DNA of 64,000 nucleotides, taken from assembly GCA_043808365.1 (NCBI GenBank), contig JAZDEZ010000008.1, positions 919-64,918 of the forward strand, read 5' to 3'. Source of the DNA: Patescibacteria group bacterium. Its GTDB lineage: Bacteria > Patescibacteriota > Patescibacteriia > UBA10025 > JAHIVO01. Positions within the stretch are counted from its first letter, which is position 1. Every line of letters starts with the position of its first letter. Under the pieces are notes generated by a model. The model saw only the letters and a list, made by a program, of their open reading frames with translations. It made no database searches and had not been told where the DNA came from. Positions 29,000-38,800 of the stretch are shown here, piece after piece. The translations under genes were made by a program, and so were the position numbers.

Positions 29000-31183
29000 T
29001 TACTTGGGCCAATAAAATATCGACGGCTGGACCATGAGATTCACCGAGAATTTAATCGTCTCTTTGGTAGGCGTAATGAGCAAATCGCCGCCACCGCCCA
29101 GGCATTGCTGATTTTCGGCAAAGCAGATGCCCGTGACCGTGACTTTTGAGACAAAGTCAGCCGCCCGCTTGAACACTTCCAGCTGCTTGACCGCTGATTC
29201 ATAATTCCGGCCGATGGCGTTCAAGGCCACGGCCCCATTCACATCCGCGGTCATGGACGTATAGTACACCTCGGCCACCGTGTAATTCTCCAGTTTGTTG
29301 AATATACCTGACCAATAGACATGCTTCTGGAGCAGCGTCTCAATATTGCCCATCGACTGGTTCAATTCGCGGACATTTTTCTGGACAGTCTGATAGCTGT
29401 TGATCTCGATCCGGTTGCTGGCGATCTGGCCGTTTAAGCCGCTGACCCGCGCGGTGACATTTGAATAATAATAGTTTGCCGCAATCCACCCGCCAAACAC
29501 AATGCCGATGGAAATTATAATACACATGGCGCCAATAAGAATTTTTGAAATTGGCAATTCCTTGTCAACTGCTTCTTCGGGAACGAGGTTCACTTCCCAT
29601 TCGATCGGACTTATCTTGGATCCATTCACCTGAACGTCCGTCAGCCGGACGCCGGGGATATTCTGTATTGACCCGGGCTGTTTTGCGGCTATTTTTTTGT
29701 TCGTTAATTTCATGGCGCGGAATTTTCCCGCAACGATGTTCCATATTTTCCTCCACCAGGGCATATTCACGTCTTTTTTCATTTCAGGCGCAGGCGCGGC
29801 GGGTGGTGGTGTCGCGGCAGTCTTTGCTGGAGCGGCGGGTGGTGGCGGCACTGGCACGCTGACTGGTTTTTGCACTGGAGGCGCCTCAAAAGGTTTATGC
29901 GGCGACGGGATGGATATTTTTTCTTGCGTGAATTTTTGTTCAACTGGCCTGGCCATCGGCACGCTCGGCCGGATAAACGACGGCGCTACTGGAGGAACAG
30001 CGGGCGCGCGGGGAGAAAAAATAGTTTTTTCAGTATAACTGACCGCTGGTGGCACGGTAACTTTTGGTTTGTCTGGAGTCTCGGGCTGAATTATTGGAAC
30101 TATTTTTTGCTTCGGGGTACGTGAAAACAGTTTCCGGAACCATCGGGCGATTTTCTGCCACACGGACAGATGCGGCATCCCCGGCCGCGGCGCCGCTTTG
30201 GCATCCTTCTTTTCCAGCACAAGTTTTGGCTCAACGGATTTAGTCATCAGCACGCTTGGCCGGATAAACGACGGAGTGAGCGGCTGGACAGCCGGCGCCG
30301 GCTTAGGCAGTGGAGGCGGCGGCGGCGCTGGAGCTGGCTTGGTTGGTAGAGCAATTTTTTGTTCAGTACGGAGTCCCAGGCTCGGTTCAGGAGATTTCGG
30401 CTGGCTGTCAGCGGCCGGCCGGATCATCGGCACTATTTTTTGTTTCGGCGCGCGTGCGAACAGTTTCCCGAACCATCGGGCAATTTTCTGCCACACGGAC
30501 ATCCGGACGACCCCGGCCTGCGGCGCAGGCACTGACGTTTGTTTGATCGCCTTGAATGCCGGGTCATTTTTCGGAAATCCTTCGTACGGGATATCCAGTC
30601 GCCGGCCGGCTGGCGGCGTGGAAGACATGGCACGAGCAGTCTCCGGTTGTTTGCCATTAGTCGTCACGGTAATCACCTCAATTGATTTCGGTGTCCGCGC
30701 TAATTCGCCAGTTGAAATTTTTTCTGCACGGATTGGCCGGTACTTGGGAAACGTATCCGCTACTGGAGCTGGCGGCACCTTCGGCGCAACAGCCGGAACT
30801 TTCGATTTGCCGCCAAACATATTCCTGAAAAAATTTCCCAGCCGCTCGCCAATAGACTGTGAACGACGCGCCTGCGTCCTCTCCGGTTTCGGCGCTACTA
30901 TTTTGATGATCGGACGCGGGGTCTCCTGCGGCTTCTGTTTCTGAAAAACAATTCTTTCCTCGACCGCAATCTTTTTCTCCGGTAATGGCGTCATTGCGTC
31001 AGGCGAGACCGGTTTCGGCTTGGCGAACGCCTGTTTGAAAAAACCCAAAACACCGCCGCGCTTGTCAGCTGGCTTGATTTTTTTCACCTCAACAGGCCCA
31101 GTCATCTCGATGATGGGGGCGGGCTGATACTTAATTTTCCCGAATTTTGATTTTTCCTCCGAAGGGAGGAGATTTATGGACAT
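29000..31183 (-). CDS. pilN: PilN-like protein with a roughly 500-aa Pro-rich cytoplasmic insertion
   Basis: The N-terminus MSINLLPSEEK matches the PilM-binding INLLP motif. The single TM helix (ILIGAMCIIISIGIVFGGWIAANYYY) and the PilN-type periplasmic domain appear only after about 520 aa of PxP-rich linker with repeated amphipathic helices. Confidence 0.7.
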   Translation of the reverse strand: MSINLLPSEEKSKFGKIKYQPAPIIEMTGPVEVKKIKPADKRGGVLGFFKQAFAKPKPVSPDAMTPLPEKKIAVEERIVFQKQKPQETPRPIIKIVAPKPERTQARRSQSIGERLGNFFRNMFGGKSKVPAVAPKVPPAPVADTFPKYRPIRAEKISTGELARTPKSIEVITVTTNGKQPETARAMSSTPPAGRRLDIPYEGFPKNDPAFKAIKQTSVPAPQAGVVRMSVWQKIARWFGKLFARAPKQKIVPMIRPAADSQPKSPEPSLGLRTEQKIALPTKPAPAPPPPPLPKPAPAVQPLTPSFIRPSVLMTKSVEPKLVLEKKDAKAAPRPGMPHLSVWQKIARWFRKLFSRTPKQKIVPIIQPETPDKPKVTVPPAVSYTEKTIFSPRAPAVPPVAPSFIRPSVPMARPVEQKFTQEKISIPSPHKPFEAPPVQKPVSVPVPPPPAAPAKTAATPPPAAPAPEMKKDVNMPWWRKIWNIVAGKFRAMKLTNKKIAAKQPGSIQNIPGVRLTDVQVNGSKISPIEWEVNLVPEEAVDKELPISKILIGAMCIIISIGIVFGGWIAANYYYSNVTARVSGLNGQIASNRIEINSYQTVQKNVRELNQSMGNIETLLQKHVYWSGIFNKLENYTVAEVYYTSMTADVNGAVALNAIGRNYESAVKQLEVFKRAADFVSKVTVTGICFAENQQCLGGGGDLLITPTKETIKFSVNLMVQPSIFYWPK

Positions 31184-31326
31184 ATCCTGTTTTATTTTTG
31201 TTTTTTTGGATTCAAACGCAAAAGTTGCCTTTTGAATGGCATTTTCGCCGAACCACGCCGCTCCTTAGTCTTTTGTAAGCAACGGTATTTATTTACATAT
31301 ATATTGTAGCATATCTGGTAAAAATA

Positions 31327-31440
31327 GTCAACCCCGTTAGAAAATGTACAATTATTGTTAATACAATTAAGGGAAGTTAATATCAATTAATGTCCTTCTA
31401 TCAGGAAATGATTTTTTATACATTTTCTAACGGGGTTGAC
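31327..31440. mobile_element. MITE-like element with 22-bp perfect terminal inverted repeats
   Basis: GTCAACCCCGTTAGAAAATGTA at 31327-31348 has its exact reverse complement at 31419-31440. The interior GGGAAGTTAATATCAATTAATGTCCT resembles the IS inner repeat GGGAAGTTAAAATGTCCT. The termini share GTCAAC...AAAATGT with the IS right end. Confidence 0.6.
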
Positions 31441-31540
31441 CCGAGCTCAAAATATACAGTGTAAGGAACCTTGCTGCATTATATAATTGCACTTTATAAT
31501 GAATAAAATTACTCACAAACCAAAAAGCGATATTATTTAC

Positions 31541-31567
31541 AAAAAAACAACGGGTGGTTGCCCGCTG
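31541..31567 (-). terminator. Rho-independent terminator after pilM
   Basis: On the minus strand: CAGCGGG-caacca-CCCGTTG followed by T7. Confidence 0.65.
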
Positions 31568-31588
31568 TTTAATACGCAAAAGCTTTTT

Positions 31589-32698
31589 TTAAACGATTTC
31601 CCTCATCGCGAGGCCGATCGACACTGACATGCGCGGCCCCAGCTCTTTCAATAACGAATTGATTTCAATGGGATGGATAACCCGGGCCCACGGATCGCCG
31701 ATAAATGATTTGATGTTGAAGATGCTTTCGATGGAAGAGGAGATGTTAGCCAGGAACGCCGACCCGCCGGTTATGATCACTTTCGTGATCGGCTTCTTGT
31801 TCTGGTTCTGGTAAATGTTCAGGATATACCGGATCTCATTGATGATGGAATTGATGACATAGCTCATCGGTTTCGGCAGTTTGCTGGCCGCGTCGCCTGA
31901 AATCGACCGGCTGACATCGCGCTTGAACTGCTCGGCCTGGGCCGCGGTCAGGCCCATGGTTTCCTGCAAGGAGCGGGTGATCCCCTTGCCGCCGACGTCG
32001 ATGCTGCGGTTGAGGATCGGCACGCCGCTGGAAAAAATAATGATGCTGGACGTCTGGCCGCCGATGTCGATCACCATCACCGGATTCATGTCATTGCCGA
32101 CCAGGGACCGCTCCAACGCGAACGACTCGGTCTCCAGGCCGACGAGCTGCAAACCGACCATTTTGAAAAGCTCGACGTACCGGTTGACCAGGTTTTTCGG
32201 CGCGGCGGTCATCAGGATGCGTAAATTCGCTTTCGGGGCAGGCGCGCCGATCTCTTTCTTCCCATCCGGATTCCCTGAATCCGCGCCTGCTGCCGGGGCG
32301 GCCGGTTTCGGCCCCGCCGGCTCTTTCAGGACCTCCCAGTCCAGAATCATCTCCTCCAGCGGTATGGGGACGAACTTTTTCGCTTCCCACCGGATGGCGG
32401 ACACCAAATCCTTGTCTTTCATGGCCGGCAAGTTGATGATGGAGCTGAACACGGAAAAAGACGGCAGCGCCGTGACCGCTGAAGCGGAACCGGCCCGCGT
32501 CTGCTTGATCAGGTCCTGGAGCTGTTTGGCAATCGCGGCCCGCGCCACCGGGTTGTCATCCTTGATGATATTGTAGGTCTCATCGATAAAACCGTACGTC
32601 ACCAATTGCGGGCGGCCATTGCCGGCATTGCGCAACTCGACCAGCTTGATGCTCGCGCCGCTCAGGTCGATGCCCAGATAGTTTAAGTTTTTAGCCAT
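31589..32698 (-). CDS. pilM: Type IV pilus assembly protein PilM (actin-like ATPase fold)
   Basis: 369 aa. LGIDLSGASIKLVELR start and the DIGGQTSSIII phosphate-2 motif. Confidence 0.9.
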   Translation of the reverse strand: MAKNLNYLGIDLSGASIKLVELRNAGNGRPQLVTYGFIDETYNIIKDDNPVARAAIAKQLQDLIKQTRAGSASAVTALPSFSVFSSIINLPAMKDKDLVSAIRWEAKKFVPIPLEEMILDWEVLKEPAGPKPAAPAAGADSGNPDGKKEIGAPAPKANLRILMTAAPKNLVNRYVELFKMVGLQLVGLETESFALERSLVGNDMNPVMVIDIGGQTSSIIIFSSGVPILNRSIDVGGKGITRSLQETMGLTAAQAEQFKRDVSRSISGDAASKLPKPMSYVINSIINEIRYILNIYQNQNKKPITKVIITGGSAFLANISSSIESIFNIKSFIGDPWARVIHPIEINSLLKELGPRMSVSIGLAMREIV

Positions 32699-32785
32699 CC
32701 TTGTTCAATGTATAATTGATAATTTCTAATGCATAATTTGTTACTTTGATTATACATTTTGCCTTATAAATTCCCTCCTAATATC

Positions 32786-32835
32786 TAACAACTAATTACT
32801 AATTACCAACTACTAATTACTGATTACTAACTTAC
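32786..32835. repeat. Heptamer array (NNNTTAC), spacer between the giant gene and pilM
   Basis: TAATTAC TAATTAC CAACTAC TAATTAC TGATTAC, with (T/C)TAC ends at 32799, 32806, 32813, 32820 and 32827. It overlaps the stop codon of the giant gene. Confidence 0.7.
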
Positions 32836-35800
32836 GGCGTAACGCGGTGGTAGATCGGCAGGGCTGTGATAAAGTCAGACAGTCCGGGAGGCGTATTAGC
32901 CACCACTCTCCCATCATACAGTATCCGTTCAGACGGAGCAAGATTCTTCGTGTACTTGCGGTCGAAATTATATCCGGTGCCGGCCACGAACAGTCCGGAA
33001 ACAGAGAGCGGAATCTGGTAATCGATTGACAATGAAGTGGCGGTTTTTTGGATACATCGGTTTTCGCCTGGGCCAACCACGCCTTCTACAGAATCGCTCC
33101 CGCGGCGCAAGCGCAGGTCAAATTCCGAATGCGAAGCTACGCCTGGCAGATAATCCGACCGGCTGATAAATGCGGTGATTATGCCGGAAATATCATTTAA
33201 TGCAACCTGGCCGCTGCCTAAGGCATTAACAGCCACGTCTTGGGCCAACTCACTGACATCAAGAGATATGGGAAAGGCATATGGATTGCTATCGATAACT
33301 GACGGGTAATTTTGCAATACGCCTTGGCGAATCTGGAATGCGGCTGTGCCAGCGTTACACATCGTGGTATGCACCTGGGCTTTTAAGATCTCGGCATTAG
33401 CCGGGACGTTCACCGGAAATTGCAGATACGCGCGCTGTGGCTTAGTGCCATTCCAACCGAACGTCATGTCATTTAAGGCGGTTTCCATTGTTGTATCCGT
33501 AACAATCGAACCATTAGCCGCATTAGATGTAGAACGTCGTGGCGCGTATTCAATAACAAGTTGTGGCGCAGAACCCGATTCAAACGTCCTGAATCCGCGC
33601 AAATCTCCGACTTCCGCGTCACCCTCCCTGATAGACAAGCCGATGTAATTGACCTGGGTATAATTGTCCCTGTTTACAAACCGCTGTACGATAGCTTTCA
33701 GGTCAGGGGTCTGGTACCAGGTTCCCGCCGTCCAATTGCCCTCAATCGGGAAATTCACGCTGTTCGACGTATTGGCATTATACAAAGTACTGTTTGGTGT
33801 AGTGATAAAATCTATCGAAGCATCTGTCGCATTATCGTAATCAAGCAAATAAACGCGGGCATTGAAATCTCCGTTACTCGAACCGTCGCTCTGCAGTTTC
33901 AAGTAAGCGCTCTTTATTTCCGCGCCCGCCGGGATACTCGCGAGGGCAAATCGGAGATAATCCCGACTGACGACATTGCCGGCGTCCTTGCCAAACTTCG
34001 CGCTGGCCGCAACCGGCGCATTAACGTACGAACCAGACACTACTTCAGTATCATCATTCCCCGCTGAAACGGATAAACTGCTCGGCGCTTTCCGCCCGGT
34101 ACTGATAATACCCTCAGTCAGCGTGGCGGTCGCGGGATTATCTATGGCCGCGACGACGGCCGACACCTGGCCGGCCAATGAATTGATATAGATATTCCCC
34201 CTGACAATGATGGCCGCAGACGGCAATTCGATTAGATTACTTATTAACGGATCATCACATGTATTGCCAGTGCCGCAATCCCCGTTCTGGTGACAGACTT
34301 GATTATTATTGTTACTGCAACGCTTGTCATAATACACATTGGCATTAATTTCCAGGTTGCCGTCCACCACGATGACGCCATTGCCTTTTGTAGCGGGTAT
34401 TGCGGACGCAGAGCCTTTCATGAAATACATGTCACTGCCAATCGTAAAGGTTTGGCCCGGGGTCCCATGGAAATAATACACCTTATTATTTAATATCGGA
34501 TTGCCAAGGCTGGCACTCAATTCAGTGTCAGTGCTTTCCACCACGACAGTGCCATGACGATTCTTATCCCCGTTTGTTTTATTGACCAGCCCGTCCACGT
34601 CCAGCTTGGCCAGCAGTTCGGCGCCGAGCGTCTGGATGGACGGCTGGTTCTGGATCAGCGGAGAGAAGCCGGGCTGGGTAGGCAGCTGCGACGTCGGCAA
34701 ACCGGTGGTCGTGCCGCCATAGTATCCGGGGATGCCGCTGATAGCATCGCCTGACTCAATGATATACGTGGAAGTGTAATCGCCAGTGCCCCGCGGCGGC
34801 GGCGCCAAAGCAATGCCCTGGCTGGCATGGATGTCGGCAAACATCGTCTGCACCCACGGTATCCCGAGCAAGGCGCCGGCCGGCATGAACTCCACCCAGC
34901 CCAGGCCGGATTGGGCCACGCCGGGCATCCATTTGGAATACTCCACGTCAGACGCGGCGCAGTAGTACACATTCGCTCCCAATTCACCCTTCCAATAATT
35001 GAACATGCATGAGGGATATTTTGAATCCACGCAATTCGAATGCTGGGGCGTCACCAGTACGCCGCTGTCCTTGTAGCGCTTCTCGATGCGCCAGGTAGTC
35101 GGACCAAAATTATGACTGCCGACGGCATACATATAAGTGTTGTCGACAACAATTCCATCGATTCGCCCATCAACCGCACCATGCCCGTTATTGCCATCTT
35201 CAAAAATTATTCCATTCTGCCAGCCACCACTGGTCATATCATCAGGCTGACGAACACCATTGTGGTTAAGTCGTTCGTAGCGCCATCGAGAATTACCGAG
35301 ACTATAACCTACCCACCCGGCAAAATATATAAAATTATCATCAGCCGCGATAGTAAAGGCCTTTTTCGATCTACTGTCAGGAAAATCAACAATTTGAATA
35401 AACCCGTTACCGTTAACGTCACCGTCAAATGTATCAACCGGCTGGCCAGTAACGCGATCATACTTGGCCACCAGGAAATCTTCATTATTTGATAAATCCT
35501 TAGTATTACCAACCACATATAAATAATTTCCATGCAAAATTGCCTGAAAGGCCCTTTCGCTCTCATACGACCCTGAACCATCAATAATGCCATCGGTATC
35601 AAAACCAGACACCAGCGAACCGTTGCTTAACCGGCGTTTCTCAATACGCCACCTGCCGCCAGCATTACCGCCGACTAGATACATGAATTCCGCGTCAATG
35701 GTAATCCACTGCGCGGTATATCCGCCGTTTGAATTAACCACGCCGCCGGCGCCAAAGCTGGTGACCAGCGAGCCGTCGTCACTATAGCGCTTTTCAATAT

Positions 35801-38800
35801 GCCAACTATTATCATTATTGCTCCCAAAAACATATAAATAACTCAAGTCAACAGCCAGACTAACGTTTTTGTTGTTTGTGCCAGATTCTCCACCCGTATT
35901 TTCTATAAGGATGTTGCCGCCACCGCCAAAATTAGCGTCATAAGCGCCGGTCGCGGTCAAACGCTTCTGGATATATATATTACTGCCATTATTGCCTATG
36001 GTAAAGCCGCCAACATAGAGATAGTCGCCACTCGGGTCCAGGGCTATGTCAGTGGCCGTATCGCTTACGTTGTTATAGGTATAGCGCACTACTCCGTCTT
36101 CAGTATAAGTGGTAGCGGAAGAGTCATATCTATAGCCGAATCCGGTACCGCACGCGCTGTCGGTACAGAGCTCTCCGCTGTCTGCCCGGCGCTTCTCAAT
36201 GCGCCAGTTGGGATACCAGATGGATTCAATTTCTGTTTCGTCTTTGCCAACAATGTATAAGTACTGACCCGACTCATCCAGCACGGTTTCTGTTGCGACT
36301 GCCCGCGTTGGTTTATCTACCACGCCCCCGTTCCCGAAGCTGCAGCCGGTGTTGTTAAAATTTATTTCTCCCCAAACCACGTGCGGATTGCCCCACCGGT
36401 CAAAGCCGAAGACCGGGCTCCAGGACTTGACCGCCGAGGTCTGGGACACGTTGAAGTCATCAGTCGACGGCGCCCGTGTTTCGTCTCCCGTGTTCACTGG
36501 TGTTGATTTATTGGCAGTTACCCAGTTGGCACCGTTCCAAGCGGAATAATATATATCAGTAGCAGTATTGCCGCCCAATGGACTATAATCCCAGACCAGG
36601 TGCGGCCGGTCATCTTCATCAATAAATAAATCATGGGTCAAATGAACCTCCCGCGGCGCGATTACTAAATCAGGATCATCCACATCTTCAGAATTATTTA
36701 CTGAAATCCAGGCACTGCCGTTCCACTGGCGAAACATCAAGGTCGTGGGATCGCGCCACGCAATGCCAGGCCGGCCATCGCCGAAAAAGGCGACCTTGGG
36801 CACTTGCCCAAGAAAATCATCCGGTGCATTTCCAATGCCAATACCTTCGCAACCGGCGCAGTCGCTGGTGCTTCGACACGCCGTGCCGTTCGGAGTGCCG
36901 TCGCACGTTAAAACTCCCCAGTTCACCGAAGTATCTTTGCTGATGCACCTATTTTGTCCGCAAATAAACGGAGTACACTGACTATCTAAGATACATGATT
37001 TTGACGAATCATCAGTACATGACTGTTCGCAATCACCGTCATTAGCACAGCTAGTAGTAAAATTATTTGAACATACATTTGTTCCGGCTTTACCGCTGGC
37101 CGAAACCCAGGCAATGCCGTCCCACCAGCGGTAAAAAATATGTCCGGGACTCTCCATCCAGGTGATATGTGGAATCCCCTCGTCGCTCACCGCTACATCA
37201 ACCGAATACGCTGAACCAGCCGGCGTATTGCTGACATTCAGGTTATTCCCGTCGCCGGTGACAGTTTGCCACGTCGCGCCGTTATCCGCGCTTTTTTTAT
37301 AATAAATTTCCGAGCCATAATAATTTCCAAACCGGTAAGCCACATGCAGTCCGCCGCTGGGATCGCGCTTAAGAACGGGAATTTGGGCTACACCACCCTC
37401 CACTGGTACGGCGCTGGTCCAGCCGCTATTTTCCCAGCGGGAAAAATAAAGGCCATTACCGCCTTCCCAGCCCGCGCCGCCCTCCTGCCAGACCACGTAG
37501 GGATTGTCATTAGCGTCCAAAACCAGGGAAGGAAAACGGGAATCCCGGTCTGTTGTGCGGCTGACATTTAATCCGGTGGCGATGGGATCTATCGCTCCGG
37601 GCCGGTATTCCACGCCGCTGGCCGTCAGCCATTTGCCGGCTTTTAACTTTAGATAATAAATTTCATAATTGTTATCCGCCCGCTCGTAGTTCGACCAAAC
37701 AACATGCGGATCGCCGATTGAATCGATCACCATGTCCTTTTCCGCGCCCCGCCCCCAATCTTCATGCCCCGCGGCGCCGCTGATGGAAATATTAACCGGA
37801 TTAAGCCACAATGAATTACCGCTATAATCCGAGGCGGCCGCGCCCCACCCCCAGCCGAACACGCTGTACAGCTTCAAATCATTCGGGTTCACGTCCGGAT
37901 CGCCGAAAAACTGCTGTGAATCCACCTCCGTGCCGGTCAATCCGTACGGGCCGGTATTCCCCTGGCCGTCATCATAAGTGCCATTCAGCTTGAGCCAGCC
38001 CCAATCGGTAAATCCGAGGGCGGCACCCGAATCTTTCTGCGATAATAGCCTGGCCCAGCCCTCGATACCACGCGTCGTGCCGCTGAAATTGGCGGTGGTG
38101 TAGGCGCGGCATTCCTCGACGCCCAAATCTACGTCTTGGTCAGGACACGTATCACCCGGCGGATTTTTGCATGTTTCAAATATACAAGTGGCTGACGTCG
38201 GCTCATTGCACCGCGACAGATCTCCATTGACACAAAAGCTAGTCGATTTGTCAGAGCACCGGCCGTACTTTACATCAGAAGTATCTGAGCCGGTATAGCA
38301 AAAACCGTATAATGGGTCGCTATTTGGCGGTATATTTGTACTTATAACATCGCAATAATTCCCAGTTCCGCAATCAGCGTCAGTAGCACAGCCTTTCTGC
38401 ATGTTGTTTGTGCAGGTCTTGGCATTGAAGCTTATCCAGCCCAGGCCGGTTTTTTTCAGCTGATTCTTTAGACATTCATCGCCTACTCCAGTCGTGCACT
38501 CAGAATTTTCCGCGCAGTATTGGCTAGGGTTGTTCTTGCAGACATCGACTAAAGCGTGACTGGAAGCGCTCCAGGCGTATCCCTCCATCGGGTTGATGTC
38601 GCGCGACGGCTCGAACCAGGTGTTCACGCCCCAGTCGCCGGCGTAATTACAGCTGTAATCCGACTGGTTATAGCGGTTCAGGCAGTTCAATGAAATCCAG
38701 CCGACCTGGGATGACCAGGCCCAGCCGACCAAGTTATTCTTCACTAAAAATAACGTCGCTGGCGAGCCGAAAGCCGTTTCGCGGCACCGGCCGTCCGCTT

